Positions 27,904 through 37,326 of a stretch of DNA of 64,000 bases are shown here, one piece after another (position 1 is the first letter of the stretch; each line of letters begins with the position of its first letter). The notes under the pieces were generated by a model, which was given only the letters and a program-made list of their open reading frames with translations, made no database searches and was not told where the DNA came from. The DNA comes from Bacteroidales bacterium (lineage in GTDB: Bacteria; Bacteroidota; Bacteroidia; Bacteroidales; JAIOZK01), in contig JAIOZK010000002.1 in NCBI GenBank assembly GCA_021740625.1, positions 169,942 to 233,941 of the forward strand, written 5' to 3'. The translations under genes were made by a program, and so were the position numbers.

Positions 27904-29130
27904 TTATGCTTCCTCCCGCACCGCCTCAGCCGGTTTCAGCTTCAAAGCTTTCCTTGCCGGATAAATGGAAGCGATGACCGCTGTGAGGATGACCATGGCA
28001 CTCACAATAAAGTAATAGGAATTATCTACACTGGGATAGGCAGTACTTGCATATCCAACAGCCTGTAATCCCTCTGCTACAACCGACAGGTCGATACCGC
28101 TTTCTCCGAAATATTCCACGAGCCCAAAACCTCCCAGAATTCCAATGATCCCTCCGGTGATGGAAAGGAAAATGGTTTCCAGCATGATCATGCTGAAGAT
28201 CCTTCTTTTGTTCATCCCCACGGCCATCAGCATGCCGATTTCCTTAACTCTTTCCATTACCGCCATCAACATGGCATTGACAATTCCGAATGCCAGTCCG
28301 AAAAGGATCAGCAGCAGAAAGAGATATAGCATCTGTTGTGTCATGGAATTGAAAAGCTCAAATTCCGGCCTGATCTGCATCCAGGTCTGTACTTTCAGGC
28401 CCTGGAGTTCTTTTGAGAGTTTCTGCGCCACCTCTTCCGTTTGTTTGTTCTCATCCAGGCGGATCATGATTTCGGTAGCACTCTCCGGATTGAAATTAAT
28501 CAGTTCAGCCAAATCCTTTTTTAGTACGAAAAGGTTGGTTTTATCAAAGTTGGAATTGTGGGTTTCAAATATTCCCACGATCCTGAATGCACCATAGGTG
28601 ATTACATTTTCTAAATTCTGTATGGTGATGACGACCTTATTGCCAATGCCGGCACTGAGCTTATGCGCCAGGTCTTTGCCCACAAGGATGGGCTTACTTC
28701 TGCTCAGGGAATCACCAAAATAGCTTCCCTCAATCAGGTGCTCATGAATGGTGGTAACCTTTTTTTCTTTCCCAGGGTCAATCCCGATGATCATTACGCC
28801 GGTGCCTGTTGCCGCCGTGCTGGCCATGGCCTGCGCCTTGATGTGCGAACTTATGGCACTTACTTCTTTGTTTTGTTTAATGCTTGAAATCACGGAAGAA
28901 ACATCCCCGATATCGTATTTGACCTCATTGTTGGTCAGGTAATCTGGATTGTGCACCTGGATGTTGGAAAGTTGTGTTTGTATGGATGATGTGATCATTT
29001 GCTCCATCATACCATTCATCAGGGCGACCGAGAAGATGCCCCCCACCAATCCAAATATCACAGCCAGCATGATCACCAGGCTTCTTAGCTTGTTTCTCCA
29101 GACATTTCTCCATGCGATTGAAAATATCAT
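27904..29130 (-). CDS. ABC transporter permease, FtsX/MacB-type
   Basis: 408 aa. The N-terminus FSIAWRNVWRNKLRS and its TM helix are followed by a large periplasmic domain. The C-terminal FtsX 3-TM bundle contains MERVKEIGMLMAVGM. Confidence 0.85.
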   Translation of the reverse strand: MIFSIAWRNVWRNKLRSLVIMLAVIFGLVGGIFSVALMNGMMEQMITSSIQTQLSNIQVHNPDYLTNNEVKYDIGDVSSVISSIKQNKEVSAISSHIKAQAMASTAATGTGVMIIGIDPGKEKKVTTIHEHLIEGSYFGDSLSRSKPILVGKDLAHKLSAGIGNKVVITIQNLENVITYGAFRIVGIFETHNSNFDKTNLFVLKKDLAELINFNPESATEIMIRLDENKQTEEVAQKLSKELQGLKVQTWMQIRPEFELFNSMTQQMLYLFLLLILFGLAFGIVNAMLMAVMERVKEIGMLMAVGMNKRRIFSMIMLETIFLSITGGIIGILGGFGLVEYFGESGIDLSVVAEGLQAVGYASTAYPSVDNSYYFIVSAMVILTAVIASIYPARKALKLKPAEAVREEA

Positions 29131-29142
29131 GATCTTGGTTTT

Positions 29143-30363
29143 TTAATTCCTCATTCCTTTAATTACATTGAACCTGATAATGAATATCAATGGGAACAAA
29201 AATGCCAGCAGGGTCATGACCAAAACCACGATCCCCTGGTTGTAAAAGTATTGCGGATCCATTGAGAAGGGGAGGATGGGTTCCACATTGAATTGTTCTA
29301 TTGCTTTTGCTGCTTTTCCGCCCAACCGTATCGGGTTGAAATGAAAATACAGGTTGATGGGAAATCCCCCAACTACACCGCTGATCACTCCCATCAGTCC
29401 GATGATGATGGTTTCGAAGAAAAGCATCAGGATGAGTTTTCCTTTTCTCATGCCCACGGCAATCATCACGGCAAATTCTTTCTTTCTTTCCATCGACATC
29501 ATCATTACGGTTCCCAGGATGCCAAAGAAAATGATCACATAGAGAATCCCCAGCATAAAAATACCGCCGGCATTATCTGCCTGAATTTCCTGCAAGAGGT
29601 CGGGCATCATTTCTTTCCAGTCCATCACTTCATACTTTTTACCCAGTTTCTTTTTTAGGTCCTGCACTTTCACCTGGAGCTTATCCGGGTCATGGATCAT
29701 GATGGCCAGGGAAGTTAGCATATTCGGGGCACCGTAATAATACTGTGCTTCTTTCAGTCCCATGTAAATGGTTTGTTTGTTCATTTCCGGGTTGGGGAAA
29801 TCCAGTATTCCACGCACCGGGTATTCACCCGCTGCCGTAATCCCATGATATCCCTGACCGAAAAGAACGAGGGAATCACCTACATCCACTTTTAGATATT
29901 CGGCCAGTTTACTCGCTACGAGCAGTCCATCATCGCCGGGTTTGAGGTAATCTCCGTAGATTACGAATTTGTCCAAGTTTGTAAACCTGGCTTCTTTTTC
30001 AGGATCGGTTCCAATGATGGCCGACCCTTTGGTGTAGTTTCCCGAAGAAGCCAGGGCAAAGGATTCCAGCCTTGGCGTTACAGAGGTAATGCCCGGCTCT
30101 GATTTAATCTCGTCTTCCACATATTGGGTAAATTCAAAGGTTTCGTTGATGGATTTGTCTTCCCAGTAGCCCGCCTTGTGCACCTGTATGTAACCGGTAT
30201 AAAAGCTGACCGCGTTTTTTACCATGTTGTCGTAGCTTCCCAGTTGCATGGAACGCATCACCAGGGCCAGGAGTACAGCAAAGAAAACACTTGCCGTTGT
30301 GATTAACGTTCTCCTTTTGTTCCTCCACAGATTGCGCCAGGCTATTTTAATAATTGTCCACAT
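29143..30363 (-). CDS. ABC transporter permease, FtsX/MacB-type (second copy)
   Basis: 406 aa with the same architecture: IKIAWRNLWRNKRRT ... MERKKEFAVMIAVGM. Confidence 0.85.
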   Translation of the reverse strand: MWTIIKIAWRNLWRNKRRTLITTASVFFAVLLALVMRSMQLGSYDNMVKNAVSFYTGYIQVHKAGYWEDKSINETFEFTQYVEDEIKSEPGITSVTPRLESFALASSGNYTKGSAIIGTDPEKEARFTNLDKFVIYGDYLKPGDDGLLVASKLAEYLKVDVGDSLVLFGQGYHGITAAGEYPVRGILDFPNPEMNKQTIYMGLKEAQYYYGAPNMLTSLAIMIHDPDKLQVKVQDLKKKLGKKYEVMDWKEMMPDLLQEIQADNAGGIFMLGILYVIIFFGILGTVMMMSMERKKEFAVMIAVGMRKGKLILMLFFETIIIGLMGVISGVVGGFPINLYFHFNPIRLGGKAAKAIEQFNVEPILPFSMDPQYFYNQGIVVLVMTLLAFLFPLIFIIRFNVIKGMRN

Positions 30364-30378
30364 AGGCTTAATTTTTTA

Positions 30379-31140
30379 TCATCTGACTCTTTTCATGTTC
30401 TGGATGGAGAAGAAATCCTCGCCGATATCCACATTAAATTCCATATCCACAAAATCCATTACGGTCTTATGGCCTTCCTTGTCGACGGGTATCATTTCCA
30501 TGTGACTGGGAAGTTTGCGGTCGCCCATTTGCTCGACATCGCTCATGAACTCTTTGTTCACAAGTTTTCCGCTTTCATCATAATACAATGCTTTCAGCTC
30601 GTAAAGCTCTACTTTGCTGATCCACATTTCTATTTTTCCCCATACCACTGCCGCATTAGGTTTTGGGGTAAATTCGATGATCCAGCATTCAAAGCCTTCT
30701 ATGGTGTCCTGTCCGGTGATTTTATGGGTATAGTCCTCAACCATGGAAGATACTTTTACCAGGTCATTATTGGTAAAGTCTGATCCCATCCAGCTTTGCA
30801 TCATCATCGAAGGGGGGATCTTGATCATGCGGTTGATGTTGGGCATGTAGTTCCACATGTCCTGGTCGCGTTTCAGGAATACCTGTCCTTCTTCTCTTGC
30901 AGGAGCGGTAATGTAGATCATGTAGTACTCCGTTCCCAGCGACCAGACTTTCATCTCAATTTCCCGGGTCCAGGAAGGCCGTATGATCTTCATGCTCATC
31001 TTTCCTTTGCTTGACTCACCGTTGAGCTTGTCGGTGGCTTTCTTAACAATGTCCTTTGCATCGGGCTGCTGTCCCAGGATGGAATTTCCCGTTAACAGCA
31101 GCAATGCCAGTATCCAAGTGATAATTGCTTTACTTTTCAT
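30379..31140 (-). CDS. LolA-like outer-membrane lipoprotein-sorting protein family (periplasmic)
   Basis: 253 aa with the signal peptide MKSKAIITWILALLLLTGNSILGQ. The beta-rich body resembles the LolA-like proteins that commonly accompany FtsX/ABC pairs. This is recognition from memory only. Confidence 0.6.
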   Translation of the reverse strand: MKSKAIITWILALLLLTGNSILGQQPDAKDIVKKATDKLNGESSKGKMSMKIIRPSWTREIEMKVWSLGTEYYMIYITAPAREEGQVFLKRDQDMWNYMPNINRMIKIPPSMMMQSWMGSDFTNNDLVKVSSMVEDYTHKITGQDTIEGFECWIIEFTPKPNAAVVWGKIEMWISKVELYELKALYYDESGKLVNKEFMSDVEQMGDRKLPSHMEMIPVDKEGHKTVMDFVDMEFNVDIGEDFFSIQNMKRVR

Positions 31141-31735
31141 GTTTGTTAAGGTTTAGAAAATTATTGATGATGATCTTTTTTGTTTCCTTGAGGTTAAAAC
31201 TTGCAGAATCCATTATATAATTAATACCAATGCCATCCAGCAAAGAACCGAATATCAGGGCCTGCATCCTGGGATTTTTATTTCCTTTTTTCCTGAAATA
31301 CGCTTCCATCATATTGAGTGTGGTTTCCAGGATTGACCTGTACTGATCCTTGATCAGGACAAGTACAGCAGGTTGTAATATGACGGAAAAATACAGGCGC
31401 CAGTAATCCCTTTTTGCTTTCAGGGTTTTGAACATCAAATCGATAAAATGTATAAATTCCTCGTCTGTAATAACGCCGTCTTTGTCAAGATCGAGTTCAT
31501 CGGTAAATTCTCGCAGTCCTGATGACAAGATCTCAATCAGCAGTTTTTCTTTGCTTTTAAAATAATTGTAAAGCAATCCTTTGGAAATCCCAGCCTTTTG
31601 TGCAATGATGCTGATTGAAGTTGCGTGATAACCATTGTTTGCAAACAGTTCCAGTGCTGTATCCATGATCAGGTTCTTCCTGCTTTCACGAATGCTGTCG
31701 TATTGTTCTTTTGTTCTCGGACTCATTGCCTGCAA
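31130..31735 (-). CDS. TetR/AcrR family transcriptional regulator
   Basis: 201 aa with the N-terminal HTH region ALELFANNGYHATSISIIAQKAGISKGLLYNYFKSKE. It overlaps the next gene by 11 nt. Confidence 0.85.
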   Translation of the reverse strand: MQAMSPRTKEQYDSIRESRKNLIMDTALELFANNGYHATSISIIAQKAGISKGLLYNYFKSKEKLLIEILSSGLREFTDELDLDKDGVITDEEFIHFIDLMFKTLKAKRDYWRLYFSVILQPAVLVLIKDQYRSILETTLNMMEAYFRKKGNKNPRMQALIFGSLLDGIGINYIMDSASFNLKETKKIIINNFLNLNKHEK

Positions 31736-31747
31736 TATTTTAATTAA

Positions 31748-31814
31748 TTGACCGGTTAGTCATAAAATCTGTTTATAAAAACCGTTCAAAACTATTGATT
31801 GAACGGTCGGTCAA
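31748..31814. promoter_or_regulatory. Candidate TetR operator palindromes upstream of the operon
   Basis: TTGACCGGTTAGTCA lies at 31748-31762. The perfect 9-bp inverted repeat ACCGTTCAA (31781-31789) / TTGAACGGT (31799-31807) extends to TTGAACGGTCGGTCAA (31799-31814). All sites lie 13-80 nt upstream of the TetR start. Confidence 0.35.
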
Positions 31815-31886
31815 AAGTATAATAATCAAAATGAATTGTCAAGTCATTTTGCGAAATTTTTTTTCAAATGTATAAATGTATATGAT

Positions 31887-32399
31887 TCAGAGTTTGTTGG
31901 GTTTGAACATTTTCTCCATTGCTTCTTTCATTTTCTCAGGATTCTGGGTCCCGATCAGCAGTTTTTTGCCTGATTTCAACTCCAGTTGCAGGCCATTCCT
32001 GCTGCTTAGGTTGATGGCTTTACCTTTTCCTCTTTGTAATGCGAAACGCATGCCCCAGCCTCCAAACTCCCTGACAGGATTATATTGTCTGATATGCCAG
32101 TTTTTAACTTCTTCAGGCCTGATCTTTTTGTAAGTTGTGAGCGGATACATTTTATACCAGATTCCGTCACGCCTGATTTGGCTGATCATTTTTATCCTGA
32201 ATATGATCACAATGGGCGCCAGTACGATGATACCGATCAATACCAGCCCCAGGTCGGAAATGGGATTGTTCCCGAATGGGATCTCGAAAACAATTTGCTG
32301 GATAATACCCCACAACCAGATGCACAGTACGATCAGCAAAATGACCAGGATCCACCATTGCCGGAATTTCTGGGTTTCTTTGAAATAGATCTTTGACAT
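31887..32399 (-). CDS. Hypothetical membrane protein (2 TM helices plus small soluble C-terminal domain)
   Basis: 170-aa ORF with two clear hydrophobic helices and then a basic soluble tail. No motif was recognised. Confidence 0.45.
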   Translation of the reverse strand: MSKIYFKETQKFRQWWILVILLIVLCIWLWGIIQQIVFEIPFGNNPISDLGLVLIGIIVLAPIVIIFRIKMISQIRRDGIWYKMYPLTTYKKIRPEEVKNWHIRQYNPVREFGGWGMRFALQRGKGKAINLSSRNGLQLELKSGKKLLIGTQNPEKMKEAMEKMFKPNKL

Positions 32400-32433
32400 A
32401 TAAATCAGGTTTTCATTATTTTAAATCGTTATT

Positions 32434-33045
32434 TTAAATCGTTCCAAGATATTGAATATAACTGCCAAGCCCGTCAAATATCATTTGCAGCCCAATGGTG
32501 GCAACGATCAAACCGGTGATTCTGATCAGGGCATTCATGAAGTTATGTCTGATAAGCACACTTCCAATCCTTGGGGCCGCAAGCATGAGCAGGTAATTGA
32601 TTAACAGCGCCAGAAAAATACTGAGGATGGTATTCACCCTGCCATAATTGGCCGTGAAGGTAACGGCAGCCGTTATGGTGGCCGGACCCGCTATCATAGG
32701 CAGGGCGATGGGTACGGCAGTCAGATCATCAATGCGCATTTTTCCGTCTATCTGCAGGAAGTTCCCTTTTTGCAGCCCCAGCAATCCGTTTATCATTAGC
32801 ACAATACCACAGGTGATTTTGAAAGCATACAATTGTATGTGGAACACATAGTGAAAAATCAACTCGCCCAGGAATAAAAAGAAAATCAAAATGACCAGGG
32901 CTGTTAAGGATGATTTCAGGGAGATATAATTCAGTTCCTTTCGGTTGAAGTTCTGTTTCAGGGTGCTGACCAGCAGGATCTTCTGAATGGGATTGACCAG
33001 AGCAAAAAATGCCACAAAACTGCTGAGGAGTAGACTTGCGTTCAT
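32434..33045 (-). CDS. MarC family (UPF0056) integral membrane protein
   Basis: 203 aa and polytopic. The N-terminus FVAFFALVNPIQK is typical of the MarC/NAAT family. Confidence 0.75.
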   Translation of the reverse strand: MNASLLLSSFVAFFALVNPIQKILLVSTLKQNFNRKELNYISLKSSLTALVILIFFLFLGELIFHYVFHIQLYAFKITCGIVLMINGLLGLQKGNFLQIDGKMRIDDLTAVPIALPMIAGPATITAAVTFTANYGRVNTILSIFLALLINYLLMLAAPRIGSVLIRHNFMNALIRITGLIVATIGLQMIFDGLGSYIQYLGTI

Positions 33046-33172
33046 GCCTGAATGATTGTCATCAATTGAATCTCTTATTACTCAAAACACCAACGATCGT
33101 GAATTATTTTGCAGAGGCCTAAACATTTTAAACAACAGCTTTGTTATCTGAAGTGATTCCAAATAATAAAAT

Positions 33173-34675
33173 ATGAAAAATGTAATTATCATCGGTGCAG
33201 GTTTTTCGGGATTGGCAACAGCAGCCTCTCTGGCCAAAAAGGGTTTTAAAGTTAAAGTCCTTGAAAAACACAAAATGGCCGGAGGCCGGGCCCGTAAATT
33301 CGAAACGGAAGGATTTACTTTCGATATGGGTCCAAGCTGGTATTGGATGCCGGATGTGTTTGATAATTATTTTGCCTCTTTTGGTAAGAAGACATCTGAT
33401 TATTATGATCTGATGCGTCTCGACCCCTCTTACAAAGTTTTCTGGTCGAGAGAAGAAATTACAGATATTCCTGCCAGTGAAAAAGATTTGTTCTCATTAT
33501 TTGAATCACTGGAAAGCGGAGCAGGTGAAAAGTTAAGGGCTTTTCTGAAAGATGCAAAGTTTAAATATGATATAGGTATGAACGACCTGGTGCACAAACC
33601 AAGTTATTCAGCCCTGGAATTTGCTGAGTTCAGCATCCTGGCCAATGCGATGAAATTGCAGATATTCAGGTCTTTCGAAAAGCATATAAAAAAATATTTC
33701 AAAGACCCCAAAATTCTGCAACTACTGGAATTCCCGATTCTTTTTCTGGGTGGGACTGCTAAAAATACCCCGGCGCTCTATAGTCTGATGAATTATGCTG
33801 ATATGAGACTGGGTACCTGGTATCCCATGGGCGGCATGCATAAAGTTGTGGCGGGTATGCAAAAACTGGCTGAAGAACTGGGAGCAGAGTTTGTTTTTGA
33901 TCAGAATGTTGAGCGAATTGTTGTTGAAAACAGGAAAGTGAGCCGGGTGGAAACCCAGGACGGAATCTATGATGCCGATTACATTGTAAGTAGCGCCGAC
34001 TACAATCACACCGAGCAGGCCCTTTTGGGAAAGGATTATCAGAATTATTCAGAGAAGTACTGGGACAGTAAAGTGATGTCGCCTTCATCCCTGATTTTTT
34101 ATCTGGGAATCAACAAAAAAGTGAAAGGAATTTCGCATCATACATTATTCTTTGATGAAGATTTTTCCGCACATGCAGATGATATTTACAAAGACCCCAG
34201 GTGGCCTGAGAAACCATCTTTTTATATTTCCTGTCCTTCGAAAACCGACACAACAGTTGCACCGGAAGGATACGAAAATATGTTCATGTTGATGCCGGTT
34301 GCTTCGGGACTGGAAGATAATGAGGAAACCCGGGAAAAATATTTCGAGATGTTTCTGGATCGCTTTGAAAAGTTAAGCGGCGAATCAATCAGAAATAACA
34401 TTGTATTTAAAAGATCTTATGCGCACCGTGATTTTGTAAAGGATTACAATGCTTTTAAAGGCAATGCTTACGGCCTTGCCAACACACTCATGCAAACGGC
34501 TTTTATGAAGCCTGGCCTGAAAAACAAGAAAGTGAGCAATCTATTTTATACCGGTCAACTCACTGTTCCGGGACCTGGTGTTCCGCCAGCGCTGATTTCC
34601 GGTCAAATCGTAGCCGGTGAAATCGCCAAATTGGCTGGAGTTGAGAAAGAAGTCAAAGAAATGGTGAGTATTTAA
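33173..34675 (+). CDS. crtI: Phytoene desaturase
   Basis: 500 aa. The FAD motif is VIIIGAGFSGLATA, followed by GGRARKFETEGFTFDMGPSWYWMPDVF. The C-terminus YTGQLTVPGPGVPPALISG is typical of CrtI. Confidence 0.9.
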   Translation: MKNVIIIGAGFSGLATAASLAKKGFKVKVLEKHKMAGGRARKFETEGFTFDMGPSWYWMPDVFDNYFASFGKKTSDYYDLMRLDPSYKVFWSREEITDIPASEKDLFSLFESLESGAGEKLRAFLKDAKFKYDIGMNDLVHKPSYSALEFAEFSILANAMKLQIFRSFEKHIKKYFKDPKILQLLEFPILFLGGTAKNTPALYSLMNYADMRLGTWYPMGGMHKVVAGMQKLAEELGAEFVFDQNVERIVVENRKVSRVETQDGIYDADYIVSSADYNHTEQALLGKDYQNYSEKYWDSKVMSPSSLIFYLGINKKVKGISHHTLFFDEDFSAHADDIYKDPRWPEKPSFYISCPSKTDTTVAPEGYENMFMLMPVASGLEDNEETREKYFEMFLDRFEKLSGESIRNNIVFKRSYAHRDFVKDYNAFKGNAYGLANTLMQTAFMKPGLKNKKVSNLFYTGQLTVPGPGVPPALISGQIVAGEIAKLAGVEKEVKEMVSI

Positions 34676-34698
34676 ATCCACTGTTCATTAACCAATGC

Positions 34699-35544
34699 AT
34701 GAATTTTATGAAAAAGACTTTCGACAACATATCCCTCAGGACGAGCAAAATAACTACCAGAGCTTACAGTACATCCTTTTCTATGGGTATAAGGTTCTTT
34801 AACAAAAAATACCACGATCCTGTTTATGCAATATATGGCTTCGTACGTTTTGCAGATGAAATTGTAGATACTTTCCATGATTATGATAAAAAACGCCTGC
34901 TTGATGATTTTAAAATGGATACCTATGCCGCCATTCGGGATGGCATCAGCCTGAATCCCATTTTGAATAGCTTCCAGCAGGTGGTGAATGCTTACAATAT
35001 AGATCATGAGTTAATTGACCAGTTTCTTTATAGCATGGAGATGGATTTGCATCACCATGAATACGATCGTGGAAAATTTGAAGAATATATTCTTGGATCG
35101 GCTGAAGTTGTTGGTTTGATGTGTTTGAAAGTTTTTGTGGAAGGCGATAAAAAAAAGTATGAGATGCTGAAACCTGCTGCAATGAAACTGGGAGCGGCTT
35201 TCCAGAAAATAAACTTTTTACGTGATCTGAAAGCCGATCACCAGAAACTGGGTCGTTCTTATTTTCCGAATGTAGACCTGAGTAATTTTACGCAAGAAGA
35301 TAAAGAGCGAATCGAAAGGGAAATCGAAGCCGATTTCAGGGACGGATTGAAGGGGATCAGGAAATTGCCGAAGGGCGCAAGGCTGGGGGTTTATATTGCC
35401 TATGTCTATTTCTTCCAGTTGTTTAAAAAGATCAGGGAAACACATCCCAAAAGACTAATGAAGGAAAGGATCAGGGTGCCGAATTCCGCTAAGTATTCTC
35501 TATTGCTGTCATCATACTTCAGGCACAGGATGAATCTGCTGTGA
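34699..35544 (+). CDS. crtB: Phytoene synthase
   Basis: 281 aa. It has SKITTRAYSTSFSMG...YGFVRFADEIVD (Asp-rich motif 1) and a second motif region SAEVVGLMCL...AFQKINFLRDL. Confidence 0.9.
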   Translation: MNFMKKTFDNISLRTSKITTRAYSTSFSMGIRFFNKKYHDPVYAIYGFVRFADEIVDTFHDYDKKRLLDDFKMDTYAAIRDGISLNPILNSFQQVVNAYNIDHELIDQFLYSMEMDLHHHEYDRGKFEEYILGSAEVVGLMCLKVFVEGDKKKYEMLKPAAMKLGAAFQKINFLRDLKADHQKLGRSYFPNVDLSNFTQEDKERIEREIEADFRDGLKGIRKLPKGARLGVYIAYVYFFQLFKKIRETHPKRLMKERIRVPNSAKYSLLLSSYFRHRMNLL

Positions 35545-35600
35545 TTCATCCACCTGGTCCTTGTTTAAAAAACCAAATAACAATTCTCAAATAACAAATA

Positions 35601-36191
35601 ATGACCAAATTACAAATACAAATGACCAAATCTTCCGGCAGCGAACAATTTGTAAGATCGTTGATCAATTTAAAAATGATCTTAGTTATTCTTTTGTTTA
35701 GTTTTTCACATGCTTCTTATTCCCAGGATATACATTCCATCCGCTCTTCCTATTTTTTATTAAATGAAAAGGAATGTGAATGGATGGATTTTGTGGAAAG
35801 TACGGAAGGAAATAATACCGCTGTTGCGATGGCATACAGGGGCTCGGCATTGGCTGCTTCGGCACAATGTGCCAAAGGCCCTTTCAATAAGCTAAGGCAG
35901 TTCAACAAAGGGAGGAAAAATCTGGAAAAAGCCGTAACTTTGGAACCCGATAATGTGGAGATCAGGTTTCTGCGTTATCAGGTGAAGCTCGAATCGCCCG
36001 GAATCCTGAATTATAAAGATATTGGAGAGGATGAATCCATGGTGATGCAGGCAGCAATGGACCTGGAAAGTAAAATGGATACGTTCCTACTGAACAAAAT
36101 TCGGAATTATTTGTTGAAAAAGGGAGATTTAAGCTATGCGGAGAAAATGAAGATCAAAGGCTTGAATCAAGATAGCAATAGAGATGGCTGA
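35601..36191 (+). CDS. Hypothetical secreted protein embedded in the carotenoid cluster
   Basis: 196-aa track ORF. The real start is probably Met26 (nt 35676), giving the signal peptide MILVILLFSFSHASYSQ. It overlaps idi by 8 nt. No domain was recognised. Confidence 0.45.
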   Translation: MTKLQIQMTKSSGSEQFVRSLINLKMILVILLFSFSHASYSQDIHSIRSSYFLLNEKECEWMDFVESTEGNNTAVAMAYRGSALAASAQCAKGPFNKLRQFNKGRKNLEKAVTLEPDNVEIRFLRYQVKLESPGILNYKDIGEDESMVMQAAMDLESKMDTFLLNKIRNYLLKKGDLSYAEKMKIKGLNQDSNRDG

Positions 36192-36711
36192 AGAAAAAGT
36201 AATACTGGTTGACAGGCTGGACAATGCAGTTGGTTTGATGGACAAAATGGAAGCGCATGAGAAAGCGGTTTTGCACCGGGCATTTTCGGTTTTCATTTTC
36301 AACAGCAGAGGCGAACTGATGTTACAACAAAGAGCCTTTGGCAAATACCATTCACCCGGCCTGTGGACGAATACATGCTGCAGCCATCCCCGCGAAGGCG
36401 AAACATACATGGAAGCTGCACACAGACGACTGCAGGAAGAAATGGGTTTCGATTGTGACTTTAAAAAAGCTTTTGATTTTATTTACAAAGCAGGTGTTGG
36501 CAAAGGCCTGACTGAACATGAATTCGATCATGTGCTGGTGGGTGAAAGCGATAAGTTACCGGAAATCAATCCGGAGGAAGTGGAAACCTGGAAGTACATG
36601 AATCCGGAAAAAATCCTAAAAGATATCCGGGAGAATCCTGATCAATATACGGTTTGGTTCAAGATAGCCTTTGAAGAATTGCAGAAGTTCAAAAAGATTG
36701 ATAATGCCTGA
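36184..36711 (+). CDS. idi: Isopentenyl-diphosphate delta-isomerase, type 1 (Nudix)
   Basis: 175 aa. It has HRAFSVFIFNSRGELMLQQRA..KYHSPGLWTNTCCSHPREGE...RRLQEEMG, including the catalytic Cys and Glu context. Confidence 0.85.
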   Translation: MAEEKVILVDRLDNAVGLMDKMEAHEKAVLHRAFSVFIFNSRGELMLQQRAFGKYHSPGLWTNTCCSHPREGETYMEAAHRRLQEEMGFDCDFKKAFDFIYKAGVGKGLTEHEFDHVLVGESDKLPEINPEEVETWKYMNPEKILKDIRENPDQYTVWFKIAFEELQKFKKIDNA

Positions 36712-36840
36712 GGCTTGCATATGTGGCTTTGAGTCTTAAAACATTTTTACCACCAGGGCAGAAAGACACAAGGCAAATAAGATTTGATTTTTGATTTTTC
36801 CGGATAGCTTGTTTGGTTTACAATTTAAAATTTACTGATT

Positions 36841-37326
36841 ATGAGTTGGTATTTCATAGTATTGATCGTTTTGGCCGCTTTCTTATTTATGGAATTCATG
36901 GCCTGGTTCACCCATAAATATGTCATGCATGGTTTTTTGTGGAACCTGCACAAAGATCATCACATTCGCGATGGAAGATTGTTCGAGTGGAATGACCTGT
37001 TTGCCGTCTTCTTTGCGGCTGTGAGCATTATTATGTTGTATTTCGGTGTTATGGCCGCTTATAACTTTAAGTTCTGGATTGGTGTGGGCATATTCCTTTA
37101 TGGAGTGGCTTATTTCCTGTTTCATGATGTTTACGTGCATCAGCGGGTGAAAATGTTCAGGAATTTTTCGAACCGGTATCTGCGTGCTACAGTGAAAGCC
37201 CACAAAGAGCATCACACGCCTCATACACACGAAAATTACGGCTTCCTTATCGCACCCATAAAATATTACAAAGAAGAATTTTTCGCTAAAACTCAAAACT
37301 CAAAACTCAAAACCCAAAACCCTTAA
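36841..37326 (+). CDS. crtZ: Beta-carotene 3-hydroxylase
   Basis: 161 aa. It has the four histidine boxes of the fatty-acid-hydroxylase fold: HKYVMH, HKDHH, HDVYVHQR and HKEHH. The C-terminal residues AKTQNSKLKTQNP are encoded by the heptamer repeat. Confidence 0.85.
   Translation: MSWYFIVLIVLAAFLFMEFMAWFTHKYVMHGFLWNLHKDHHIRDGRLFEWNDLFAVFFAAVSIIMLYFGVMAAYNFKFWIGVGIFLYGVAYFLFHDVYVHQRVKMFRNFSNRYLRATVKAHKEHHTPHTHENYGFLIAPIKYYKEEFFAKTQNSKLKTQNP
37288..37322. repeat. Heptamer microsatellite (AAAACTC)x3 (AAAACCC)x2 at the crtZ / cyclase junction
   Basis: Read directly. It encodes the last 12 codons of crtZ and ends 4 nt before the GTG start of the next gene. Confidence 0.9.
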
